A stretch of DNA of 64,000 nucleotides, from contig JBFMCD010000065.1 of assembly GCA_040754885.1 (NCBI GenBank), positions 96 through 64,095 on the forward strand, given 5' to 3'. Of the stretch, positions 1 through 9,016 are shown one piece after another. Each line of letters begins with the position of its first letter. Position 1 is the first letter of the stretch. Origin of the DNA: Acidobacteriota bacterium. Its GTDB lineage: Bacteria > Acidobacteriota > Thermoanaerobaculia > Thermoanaerobaculales > Thermoanaerobaculaceae. The notes under the pieces were generated by a model. That model did not search any database and was not told the DNA's origin. It saw only the letters and a list, made by a program, of their open reading frames with translations. The position numbers were made by a program, and so were the translations under genes.

Positions 1-179
1 CGCGTTTCCTCTCCGACGGATGTCGAATCGGTATGAGTCGGGGGCATCTCCCGGCCCGCCCGCGACACCATCCGCGCAGGGGAGGGAGCGATTGCGCCGC
101 TTCGTTCCCTTGCACCGATCGGCGCAGTTACGACCGGGTCCTGTCACGTCACGGAGGGCGGAGGAATGTGGTGTGTGCC

Positions 180-208
180 TTGACACGCCTTCGGCCCGTG
201 CCGAGAAT
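180..208 (+). promoter_or_regulatory. Candidate sigma70-type promoter (TTGACA-17nt-GAGAAT) for the 303..1670 gene
   Basis: TTGACA at 180-185 and GAGAAT at 203-208 with a 17-nt spacer. Downstream are an 8-bp hairpin CCCGTCCG/CGGACGGG (263-285) and AAGGAGG (289-295) before ATG 303. AT-rich hexamers stand out in this GC-rich DNA. Confidence 0.4.
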
Positions 209-302
209 GCCGTCCTACTGCAATCTCGATCAGGCGGCTGATGGGGGGCAGCGCCCTGGATTCCCGTCCGTGTGAGGCGGACGGGGCGCAAGGAGGCTTC
301 TC

Positions 303-1670
303 ATGGTCGGTCGTCTCAGCGTGGTCGGTGCGGTCGTTGTCGGGTTGGTCGTGGTCGGCGCCGCTTCGATGGGGTTCTCGCAGGTCGCTGCCGAGTGGGG
401 CGCGGAGGCGGGGGTGGACGGTCCGTACACGCCGCCGCCGTGCACGGGCACGCTGTTCGCCGACATCACGTGCAGCAGCCCGTTCGACGCGTGGATCGAG
501 CAGTTCGTCCGCGACGGCATCACCGCCGGGTGCGGCGGTGGGAACTACTGCCCGGGAAGTACCGTCACGCGCGACCAGATGGCGGTGTTCATCGAGAAGG
601 CGATGCGGGGGACGGCGAACTGGCCGCCGCACACGCAGCTCGTCTGGGCGGTGAAGGCATCGGACGGATCACCCGATCCGACGGCGAGCGGAACCGCGCT
701 GCTCAACGCGATCGCCGCGATCCCGGCGGCGGGCGCCGACGCGCCCTCCTCGAGCAACCCCTGGCTCGTCAGGGTCGGACCGGGGATCTACGACCTCGGC
801 TCAAGCTCGCTGACGCTGCCCGTCCACACCGCCGTCGAAGGCGCCGGTGAAGACGTGACCACTATCGTCGCGGCCGGCTCCGCGTCTCAGGCGGGCGGGA
901 CGATCGTCCTCGCCGACCACTCGCAGGCTCGGTTGATGACGGTGAGGAACATCGGCGGTGCCGCCTATGCCGACGCCGTCGCGGTGGCCGCCTCCGCGAC
1001 CGGCGTGCGGCTCCAGCGGCTGAACATCGAGGCGAGTCAACCGAGCAACGCCACGGCCAACCGGACCTACGGGATCACCGCGGGGACGAACACGCAGCTC
1101 TCGGCGAGCGACGTGACGGTGTCGGCGCACGGCGGGTACGACAACTACGGTGTCTACATCGGAGCGACCTCGCAGCGCGCGACCCTGGACGGCATCGCGG
1201 TCACGGCGACCGGCTCGAACGCCGCCGGCGTCGCGGTTGGCGTGCACTCCGCCGGGGCGCCGGCGCTGATCACGAACTCGACGATCGGCGCCAGCTCGGG
1301 CAGCTACGCGCAGGCGGTCGCGGTGGACGCAGGGGTCGAGTGGACGATGCAGAGCAGCCGCGTCTCCGCCACCTCGACGACGTACCCGACCGCGATCCAC
1401 TCCAAGGCGACGATGACGCACCTCCAGGACGTCTTCGTGGTCTCGGAGGGGACCGGCATCTCCCTGGGATCGTGCGGCGGCGGCGTCTGCTACGCGGAGG
1501 TCTCGCACTGCCGCATCGCGACGAACTCGTGGGCGCTCGCCAACGGCGCCAACTTCTCCACCCTGGTCGCGGCCTCGAGGCTCAACGGCGGCACCGTCAA
1601 CACGGGAGGGACGCTCACCTGCATGGGTAACTACACGGCGAGCGCCTTCTACGCGAACACCTGTCCTTGA
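303..1670 (+). CDS. Secreted protein with an N-terminal SLH-like domain and right-handed beta-helix-like repeats
   Basis: Hydrophobic N-terminal signal/anchor. Segment FADITCSSPFDAWIEQFVRDGITAGCGGGNYCPGSTVTRDQMAVFIEKA matches the S-layer-homology-type pattern (F.D..., GIT.GC, CP..VTR.QMAVF). The rest is Gly/Ala/Thr/Ser-rich repetitive sequence typical of parallel beta-helix proteins. Confidence 0.6.
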   Translation: MVGRLSVVGAVVVGLVVVGAASMGFSQVAAEWGAEAGVDGPYTPPPCTGTLFADITCSSPFDAWIEQFVRDGITAGCGGGNYCPGSTVTRDQMAVFIEKAMRGTANWPPHTQLVWAVKASDGSPDPTASGTALLNAIAAIPAAGADAPSSSNPWLVRVGPGIYDLGSSSLTLPVHTAVEGAGEDVTTIVAAGSASQAGGTIVLADHSQARLMTVRNIGGAAYADAVAVAASATGVRLQRLNIEASQPSNATANRTYGITAGTNTQLSASDVTVSAHGGYDNYGVYIGATSQRATLDGIAVTATGSNAAGVAVGVHSAGAPALITNSTIGASSGSYAQAVAVDAGVEWTMQSSRVSATSTTYPTAIHSKATMTHLQDVFVVSEGTGISLGSCGGGVCYAEVSHCRIATNSWALANGANFSTLVAASRLNGGTVNTGGTLTCMGNYTASAFYANTCP

Positions 1671-2094
1671 CGACCGCAGTCCGGCTGGAGGAGCGCGGCT
1701 TTCGGGAGAGTGGGGGATTGGTTGAGCGGCCCGGGCCGCGGGCGAACTCGGGCACCAGCGGTGCGATCCGCTCGATGATCGCGCGTGCGTCGGGGTCGGT
1801 CGCGAGGTCGCGCGCCCGCCGCTCGCTCACGTAGCCCTGGAACTTCGAGCGGCCGAGGATCCAGAACGCGGGCACGGCGACGCCCGGGAAGGTGTTGAGC
1901 GAGACGATCCAGGCGATCGTCCCCTGCGCGGTCCGCACGTTCATCGGCGCGTGGACCGACGAGAGGAACCCGATCAGTTCCGCGACCGCGACGGCGAGCG
2001 CCCGCCACCGGGCGCGCCGCGACCTCGCGGGAGGAGCGGAATCCCGGGCTCCGTCGGTTTCGGTCTGCGCGGCCGGCATCGTCTCGTTCATCAC
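1615..2094 (-). pseudogene. Cardiolipin synthase N-terminal fragment, apparently truncated
   Basis: Residues ~30-110 (GTIAWIVSLNTFPGVAVPAFWILGRSKFQGYVSERRA) look like the two-TM N-terminus of ClsA-type cardiolipin synthases. No PLD/HKD domains follow. The frame runs into low-complexity sequence and overlaps the 3' end of the convergent 303..1670 gene. Confidence 0.4.
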
Positions 2095-2166
2095 GGCTCG
2101 TCGGCCTCGCGATTGGAGTCGAGGCCCCGAGCGTGACGGGCGATCTTCCGCTCCCGTGGCGTCGGG

Positions 2167-4368
2167 CTAACGGGCGGGCGCGAGCGCCTCTCTGCGCAGG
2201 TTCTCGATGAAGGTGGCATCGACCCAGTGGGGGGTGATGTCCTGGCAGAAGAAGAAGAACCTGCGGTCCGGGCTGATAACGCCGGCGTTGGTCCCGTGGC
2301 CCTGGTGAACGAGATCGCCCAGGGAGACGGGCCGGGTCCAGCGGCCGTCGGGGTGGCGGAAGAGGATGGAGATCTCGGCGTAGCGTGAACCGAGGTAGCG
2401 GTAGGAGACGAGTTCGCCGATCCCGCGGCTTTCGTCGGCCAGCCCCTGGTCGATCAGATCGTCCAGGCCGACGGCGTCCGCGAACCGACCGTTGGTGAAC
2501 CGGGACGTGAACATCCGAGTCCCTCGTGCGGTTGGTCCGAAGGCGGTGAAGTAGAGGCTCCCGTCCGCTGCGACGGTCGGGGCCATCTCGTTGTGGTCGT
2601 CACGGTTGGGGGGCGTGCCGAGGCGCTGTGCCCGACTCCACGCTCCGTTCTTCTTCTCCGCGAACCACAGGTCGGTGGACTCCGCGGATGTGCCGTCCTT
2701 CGGCCGTCGCGAGGCGAAGTAGAGTCTCTGGCCGTCGGGGGAGAACGTCGGCCCCCAGGATGGGTGGTCGGAGAACGGAGCCAGCACCGGCGCGATCCAG
2801 CGGCCGTTCTCCTCTCTCATCCACCAGATGCGGCTGTAGCCGATCCAGGGCATGAAGTAGCCGTAGAAGAACAACTCCGTGCCGTCGGGCGAGAACACCG
2901 GTGGACCGTAGGCGCGGTAGATGTCGCGGAAGAGTTCGGGGGCGAAGGGACTGGGGACCGGGCCTGGCGGCGTCTGCCCGAGGTAGCGTCCCCTGTACTC
3001 GGGAAACGCCCTGGGACGATCGGCGGCGCCACTGCGGCGGAGCAGATCGGCGATGCCCGTGCTCCACGCCGCCTCGGCGAAGTGCAGCGGTGTGCCGAGG
3101 TCCGTGCTCAGGGGGTTGAGGTCGGCTCCCTTCCTGATCAGGAGTTCGGCCATCTCGCGTTGACCGGTGATGGCGGCGATGTGAAGCGGCGTGAGGCGGC
3201 CGGCCTTGGTCGCGTTCGGGTCGAGTCCGCGGGCGAGGAGGTACTCGGCGATGTCGGTCCGGTTGAACGCGGACGCGAAGTGCAGGTAGCTCTCGCCGAG
3301 TCGCGTGCGGTGGTGAATGTCGGCCCCGGCCGCGTGGAGCTTCCTGACCATCTCCAGGTTGCCCTTCATGATGGCGAAGGTCAGGGGCGTGTAGCCGTAG
3401 TAGCCCTCGAGGACGACGGGGTCGACGTCGGCCTTCCCGGCCAGGAGCATTTCGACGATTTCCTGCCGGTCGTTCTCGGCGGCTCGGTGCAGCGGGCTGA
3501 ACCCGAAACGATCGCGCGCCGATGGATCGGCGCCGAGATCGAGCAGCAGCTTCACGACGGGCGGACGATCGGCACGCACGGCGGAGAGCAGCACCGTGGA
3601 TCCCGCCGTGTTCCTGAGGTCGAGCAGGTCCGGGCGCGCGCCCGCGAGTTTCCGGATCTTCTCGGAATCGCCCTCGTCCACGGCCTTGAACAGGCGATCG
3701 ACGAGAACGGCGGAGGACTCGCGGCCCTCACCGCCCATCGAAGCGGAGGACCCGTCCGGACGTTCTCCCGACGATGCCCCGTCGCCTCCGGGGACTGCCG
3801 TGAAGTCGATGACGTGACCCGGACGCCACGGGCCGAAGGCGTTCTGGAACCAGCTGTCCCGCATCGATGTATCGGAGAGGATCTCGAAGGTGTTGCGGAA
3901 CTGGTAGCTCTGCTTCACGTTCGGGTTGGGCGGTGGCTGAGGCCAGGTCATGGTGCCCTCGAACGTGATCGTCGTTCCCTCGGAGGTGACGGTCCCTTCG
4001 GAGGTCACACCGGCGCTCTCGACGAGGAACATGCGGACCTTCCGGGTGATGTCGTCCCAGAAGACGAACCCCTCGGCCCGGGTGCCCAGATCCCGGTTCG
4101 TCTTGGTGATCTTCACCACCTTGCCCCCGGGCATCGGCTCGAAGGTCAGGACCTTCAGGGAGGTGTGCGCACCGTCGGGCGACGCGAGCGTGCCCTGCCA
4201 CGTCTTGCCGAGCAGTGGGCGCAGCCCTTCCAGCCGCGGGTCGATCTCCGGGGGTGGCGGGGCAGGCGCAGCCGCCGCGGACGCCGCGATGACCGCGAGG
4301 AGCACTGCGACGCCGGCGCCCGGAGACGTGCATCGACTCCTCCGCCACGCCCTATCAGGCCGCTTCAT
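2167..4368 (-). CDS. Secreted multidomain protein: N-terminal beta-rich domain, ankyrin repeats, PD40/TolB-like beta-propeller repeats
   Basis: Signal peptide (AVLLAVIAASAAAAP). Several ankyrin repeats (e.g. GFSPLHRAAENDRQEIVEMLLAGKADVD, TPLHIAAITGQREMAELLIRKGADLN). C-terminal FSPDG...LYF repeats are typical of PD40. Start chosen at MKRPDRAW. Confidence 0.7.
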   Translation of the reverse strand: MKRPDRAWRRSRCTSPGAGVAVLLAVIAASAAAAPAPPPPEIDPRLEGLRPLLGKTWQGTLASPDGAHTSLKVLTFEPMPGGKVVKITKTNRDLGTRAEGFVFWDDITRKVRMFLVESAGVTSEGTVTSEGTTITFEGTMTWPQPPPNPNVKQSYQFRNTFEILSDTSMRDSWFQNAFGPWRPGHVIDFTAVPGGDGASSGERPDGSSASMGGEGRESSAVLVDRLFKAVDEGDSEKIRKLAGARPDLLDLRNTAGSTVLLSAVRADRPPVVKLLLDLGADPSARDRFGFSPLHRAAENDRQEIVEMLLAGKADVDPVVLEGYYGYTPLTFAIMKGNLEMVRKLHAAGADIHHRTRLGESYLHFASAFNRTDIAEYLLARGLDPNATKAGRLTPLHIAAITGQREMAELLIRKGADLNPLSTDLGTPLHFAEAAWSTGIADLLRRSGAADRPRAFPEYRGRYLGQTPPGPVPSPFAPELFRDIYRAYGPPVFSPDGTELFFYGYFMPWIGYSRIWWMREENGRWIAPVLAPFSDHPSWGPTFSPDGQRLYFASRRPKDGTSAESTDLWFAEKKNGAWSRAQRLGTPPNRDDHNEMAPTVAADGSLYFTAFGPTARGTRMFTSRFTNGRFADAVGLDDLIDQGLADESRGIGELVSYRYLGSRYAEISILFRHPDGRWTRPVSLGDLVHQGHGTNAGVISPDRRFFFFCQDITPHWVDATFIENLRREALAPAR

Positions 4369-4438
4369 GGCTGGTCTCTCCACGGTGTGCCTCCATCTGA
4401 CACATCAACCCGACGGTGAGTTCGCCCCCCACTGCGGG

Positions 4439-5833
4439 TCACTTCGGCGTGGGTGCCGCGAGGCGCTCGAGGGCGGCGGTCGCGTTCGTGTTCGCCGGGT
4501 TGAGCTCGAGGGAACGGCGGTAGTGCTCGACGGCTCGTGCGCGGTCGCCCTTCGCCGCGCACGCCTCGCCCAGGGAGTCGTGGACGTTCCACGATCCCGG
4601 GAAGTAGGCCGCGTTCATCTCGAAGACGGCGATCGCCGCGTCCGTCGCCCCGGCCTGGAGGTACCGGTAGCCGAGCAGGTTGACCTCGGCCTCGTCGACG
4701 AGGTAGGCGTTGTCGGCGCGCACCTCCTTGAAGCGGGCCGTGGCGGCGGCGATCCCGGAGGCATCGAGGGTGCGCCCGATCTCGTCCGCCGCCGAGCGCT
4801 TGAGTTGGCGCCACAGGGCGGTCGCCGCGGTGCGCGTGTAGGTCGCGATCCTCTCGCCGCTCGCGCCGGATTCCCGGACGAACGCCGGCGTCGCCCCGGC
4901 CGGCAGCCGTTCGATCGCGGTTGCGAGACTCACGCCCGCGGCGTCGGACGCCTTGACCGACGTCCACATCGCGGCGATGGCGTCGCGCATGGCCGCGAGT
5001 CGGGCGCGCGGCCAGATCGAGTGCTGGCCGAGGATCACACGCTCCACGGGCGGCTCGCCGTCGAGCACGGCCGACAGGACCGCCAGCCAGCGGTCGGGGT
5101 CGAGCTTCGGCATGGCGCCGAACGTCGGCAGGCCGTCCTGCTCGAAGAAGAAGCAACCCATCAGGGCCGCCCTCTCCTCGGGCACGACCACCGCGATGTC
5201 CGAAGGTGAGTGGCCGCGGCCGAGGTAGTGCATCCGGAGCGTGACATCGCCCAGGTCGAGATCCATGCGCTCGGAGAAGGTCAGGTCGGGGAGGCGAACG
5301 ACCATGCCCGGTTCGGCCAGGCCGCGGGCGATGCGCTCGAGGTGCTCGGCCTGGAGCTTCGCGGCGCGGCCTCCCTCGCTCGCGGGGTCGAGGGAGGCGA
5401 GCCTCGTGCGAGCGTTCTCGGTCAGCTCGCGGATGCGCTGCTCCCGCGCCGCGCGGGTGGCGGCTTCGGCCTTCATCCCCGGGACCGCCAGCTCGTGGCC
5501 GATCACGATCGCCTCCGGGAACGCCGCGCCGCCCCAGGTGTGACCCCAGTGTTCGTGCGTGTCCACGACGTAGGCGAAGCGGTCCCGGCCGAGTTCGCGC
5601 GCGACCGCCTCGCGGATCAGCCGTCCCATCAGCGGGGAGTGTCCGGGGTCGAAGAGCACCAGGCCCCTCTCCGTCACGATCACCACGTGGTTGCTCTCCC
5701 ACGGTGTGACATCGGTGAACACAACGATGCGGTCGGAGACACGGGTGACGCGGAACAGGCCGTCGCCTTCGCCCGCGGCGGCCGGCACTGTCGCAAGCGC
5801 CGCCAAGGTCAGGACGGAGATGAAGCGCTGCAT
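4439..5833 (-). CDS. Secreted MBL-fold metallo-hydrolase with a C-terminal TPR region
   Basis: Signal peptide MQRFISVLTLAALATVPAAAG. Has a metallo-beta-lactamase-like motif VVDTHEHWGHTWGG and downstream His/Asp ligands. C-terminus is TPR-like (AVEHYRRSLELNPANTNA). Confidence 0.7.
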   Translation of the reverse strand: MQRFISVLTLAALATVPAAAGEGDGLFRVTRVSDRIVVFTDVTPWESNHVVIVTERGLVLFDPGHSPLMGRLIREAVARELGRDRFAYVVDTHEHWGHTWGGAAFPEAIVIGHELAVPGMKAEAATRAAREQRIRELTENARTRLASLDPASEGGRAAKLQAEHLERIARGLAEPGMVVRLPDLTFSERMDLDLGDVTLRMHYLGRGHSPSDIAVVVPEERAALMGCFFFEQDGLPTFGAMPKLDPDRWLAVLSAVLDGEPPVERVILGQHSIWPRARLAAMRDAIAAMWTSVKASDAAGVSLATAIERLPAGATPAFVRESGASGERIATYTRTAATALWRQLKRSAADEIGRTLDASGIAAATARFKEVRADNAYLVDEAEVNLLGYRYLQAGATDAAIAVFEMNAAYFPGSWNVHDSLGEACAAKGDRARAVEHYRRSLELNPANTNATAALERLAAPTPK

Positions 5834-5918
5834 CGGGGGAGCCTCCTCGTGTGCGGGCGCACGCCGTTTCTACGCGCGCGCCCACGTGGAGTTGCGCCGG
5901 CCGGGCTTCCTCCGGCGC

Positions 5919-8900
5919 TCAGTCGCTCGCGCCGGCCGGGCCGCGGGCGGCCCGGCGCGTTTCGACGGCGTGGTAGAGCACCGGGAGCACGAGCAAGGTG
6001 AGCAGGGTCGAGGTGACGATGCCGCCCATCACGATCACGGCCAGCGGCTTCTGAATGTCGGCGCCGGCGCCGGTGGAGTAGACCATCGGCAGGTGCCCGA
6101 TGAAGCTGGTCAGGGCGGTCATCACCAGCGGCTTGAAGCGCAGGCGGCACCCCTCGACGACGGCGGCGCCCGTCCGGACGCCGCGCTCGCGCAACTGGGC
6201 GAAGAACGCGACGAGCACGACGCCGTTCTGCACCGCGATCCCGAGCAGGACGATGAACGCGACCGCGGCCGAGACCGTGAGCGTCATGCCGAACGCCACG
6301 GCCGCGATCACGCCGCCGACGAGCGCGAACGGCAGGTTGAGGAGCACGAGGGCGGCGTCGCGCGCGCTGCCCATCGCCGAATAGAGCAGGAGAAGGATGA
6401 GCAGCAAGACGATCGGCACGACGACGGCGAGCTGGCGCATGGCGCGCCTCTGGTTCTCGAACTGCCCGCCCAGCTCGACGAAGTACCCGTCGGGCAGGTC
6501 CCCCCACAGCGGCGCCAGCACGGACTGCGCCTCCTCGACGAAGCCGCCGAGGTCGCGGCCGCGCACGTTGGCCTCGACCACGACGCGGCGCATGCCGTTC
6601 TCGCGGCTGACCTGCATGGGGCCCTCGACCAGCCTGACCGAGGCGATCTGCCCGAGCGGTACGCGCTGGCCGGCGGGGCTGGGGACGAGGAGCCGCTCGA
6701 TCGAGGGGATGTCCATGCGGGCCTGGTCGGGAAAGCGGACGAGCACGTCGAAGCGGCGTTCGCCTTCGACGAAGGTGCTGACGGTCCTCCCGGCGAACGC
6801 GGCTTCGAGCAGTTCGTTGACGTCGGCGACGTTGAGCGCGTAGCGGGCCATCGCCTCGCGGTCGAGTCGGACCTCGACCTCCTCCATTCCCGAGATCTGC
6901 TCCACCTTGACGTCGCGGGCGCCCTCGACGCCGGCGAGCCGCGCGGCGGCCCGGTCCGCCGCCCCCTTGAGCACGGCCAGGTCGGGACCGAACACCTTGA
7001 CCGCCAGGTCGCTCTTGACGCCGGAGATCAGCTCGTTGACGCGCAGCGCGATCGGCTGCGAGAAGGCGGCGCGCAAACCCGGGATCGAGGCGAACTCGGC
7101 GGCGAGCGCCTCGACGAGCTGCGCCTTGCTCCGTCCGGTCGTCCACTCCTTCCTCGGCCTGAGCATGACGAAGACGTCGGTCTGCTCCGGGCCCATCGGA
7201 TCCTCGGAGATCTCGGCCCGGCCCGACTTCGACACCACGGTCGCCACCTCGGGGTAGGCGAGGAGGCGCTTCTCGATCATGGTGGCGACCTCGACCGAGC
7301 CCCGGATCGACGCGTTGGGAAGCCTGACGACGTTGACGGCGATGGCGCCCTCGTCGAGCGGGGGCATGAAGTCGGTGCCCATTGAAGGGATCAGAGCCGC
7401 GGATGCGGCGAGAACGGCGAGCGAGACGCCGTAGGTTGTCCTGGGACGGCGCAGGGCGGCGTGCAGCGCTCTCTCGTACGCCTCCCTGGACCGCCGCACG
7501 AAGAGGAACTCGCGTTCCGGGTCGGAGCGGAGCACGAGGTGCGAGGCGGCCGGGACGAGGAGGAGCGCCACCACGATCGAGGTGAGCAGCGAGATCAGGA
7601 GGGTGAGCGCGAGCGGCGCGAACATCTTCCCTTCCAGCCCCTGGAGGGTGAGCAGGGGCAGGAGCACGAGGGCGATGATCAGCACGGAGAACGTCACCGG
7701 CCGGGCCACCTCGACCATGGCCTCGACGACGACGCGGGCGCGGTCGCCCTCGTGGCCGCGTTCGGCGAGGTGGCGGCGGATGTTCTCGGCCACGACGATG
7801 GTGGCGTCCACGACCATGCCGACGGAGAACGCCAGCCCGCCCAGGCTCATCAGGTTGGAGGACAGGCCGGCCGCCCCCATGACGATGAAGCTGAAGAGGA
7901 AGGTGACGGGCAGCGAGAGCAGCACGATCGCCGCCGTGCGCAGCTCGGCGAGGAACAGGAAGAGGACGATGACGACCAGGAGGCCGCCCTGGAGGAGCGC
8001 GTCCTCGACCGTCTCGATGCACGCCTCGATCAGCGCCGTGCGGTCGTAGAAGACGTCGAGGCGCACGCCGTCGGGAAGGCGCTCCTGGATCGCCGCGACG
8101 GCGTGTTTCACGGCCGAGACCACGGTCCTGGAGTTCTCGCCGCGGAGCATGATTGTCATGCCCGCGACCGTCTCGCCCTCGCCGTCGCGCGTCACCGCGC
8201 CCTGGCGCACCTGCGGTCCGACGGCGACGTCGGCGAGGTCGCGGACGAAGACGGGAGTGCCGTCCCGCGCCTTGAGCACGACGGCCTCGACATCCTCGAC
8301 GCCCTCGAACAGCCCGACGCCGCGGATGTAGGTCTGCTCCCAGTCCCTGACGATCAGTCCGGCCGCCGCGTTGGCGTTGCCCCGCTCGAGCGCCTCCGCG
8401 ACCTCGCGCAGGGTGAGGCCGTACTCGAGCAGCCTCTCGGGGTGGACGACGACCTGGTACTGCTTCACCTCGCCGCCGAAGCTGTTGACCTCGGTGACGC
8501 CCGGCACGCTGCGCAGGCGGGGGGCCACGACCCAGTCCTGGATCGTGCGTCTCTCCATCGGCGAGATGCCCTCGCCCTCGATCGTGTACTGGAAGATCTC
8601 GCCGAGCCCGGTGGACAGCGGGGCCAGCTCCGGGTCGATCCCGGGAGGAAGGAGTTCGCGTGCGCTCTGCAGACGCTCGAAGACGAGCTGCCTCGCGAAG
8701 TACGGGTCCACCGAGTCCTCGAAGACGATCGCGACCTGGGCAAGCCCTGCCCGCGAGACGGAACGCACGAGGGTCACCTTGGGCAGGCCGCCCATCTGCT
8801 GCTCGATCGGGTAGGTGACGCGCTGCTCGACATCCACCGCCGAGAGGCCGGGAGCCTTGCCGAGCACCATCACCTGGATGTTGGTGACGTCGGGGAAGGC

Positions 8901-9008
8901 GTCGACAGGCAGCCGCGTCCACGCCACGATTCCACCGGCCACGACGAGCGCGAACGCGGACACGACCGCCCAGCGCCGCGCGACGATCCACTCGAAGAAC
9001 GCCGTCAT
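5919..9008 (-). CDS. czcA: CusA/CzcA-family heavy-metal efflux RND transporter
   Basis: 1029 aa. N-terminus MTAFFEWIVARRWAV...LPVDAFPDVTNIQVMVL and the 12-TM, two-large-loop layout are typical of HME-RND pumps. Confidence 0.9.
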   Translation of the reverse strand: MTAFFEWIVARRWAVVSAFALVVAGGIVAWTRLPVDAFPDVTNIQVMVLGKAPGLSAVDVEQRVTYPIEQQMGGLPKVTLVRSVSRAGLAQVAIVFEDSVDPYFARQLVFERLQSARELLPPGIDPELAPLSTGLGEIFQYTIEGEGISPMERRTIQDWVVAPRLRSVPGVTEVNSFGGEVKQYQVVVHPERLLEYGLTLREVAEALERGNANAAAGLIVRDWEQTYIRGVGLFEGVEDVEAVVLKARDGTPVFVRDLADVAVGPQVRQGAVTRDGEGETVAGMTIMLRGENSRTVVSAVKHAVAAIQERLPDGVRLDVFYDRTALIEACIETVEDALLQGGLLVVIVLFLFLAELRTAAIVLLSLPVTFLFSFIVMGAAGLSSNLMSLGGLAFSVGMVVDATIVVAENIRRHLAERGHEGDRARVVVEAMVEVARPVTFSVLIIALVLLPLLTLQGLEGKMFAPLALTLLISLLTSIVVALLLVPAASHLVLRSDPEREFLFVRRSREAYERALHAALRRPRTTYGVSLAVLAASAALIPSMGTDFMPPLDEGAIAVNVVRLPNASIRGSVEVATMIEKRLLAYPEVATVVSKSGRAEISEDPMGPEQTDVFVMLRPRKEWTTGRSKAQLVEALAAEFASIPGLRAAFSQPIALRVNELISGVKSDLAVKVFGPDLAVLKGAADRAAARLAGVEGARDVKVEQISGMEEVEVRLDREAMARYALNVADVNELLEAAFAGRTVSTFVEGERRFDVLVRFPDQARMDIPSIERLLVPSPAGQRVPLGQIASVRLVEGPMQVSRENGMRRVVVEANVRGRDLGGFVEEAQSVLAPLWGDLPDGYFVELGGQFENQRRAMRQLAVVVPIVLLLILLLLYSAMGSARDAALVLLNLPFALVGGVIAAVAFGMTLTVSAAVAFIVLLGIAVQNGVVLVAFFAQLRERGVRTGAAVVEGCRLRFKPLVMTALTSFIGHLPMVYSTGAGADIQKPLAVIVMGGIVTSTLLTLLVLPVLYHAVETRRAARGPAGASD

Positions 9009-9016
9009 GACGCCTC

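Noticed and set aside
2102-2128. Weak hairpin GGCCTCG-N10-CGAGGCC after the ankyrin gene as a terminator
   Set aside because: Only a 7-bp stem with a 10-nt loop and no U-tract. Too weak to call.
5809-8991. 1060-aa minus-strand ORF overlapping czcA in another frame
   Set aside because: Extremely Arg/Gly/Pro/Ala-rich with no recognisable motifs. The czcA frame carries a full-length, clearly homologous RND pump. This is a typical stop-codon-poor shadow ORF of GC-rich DNA.
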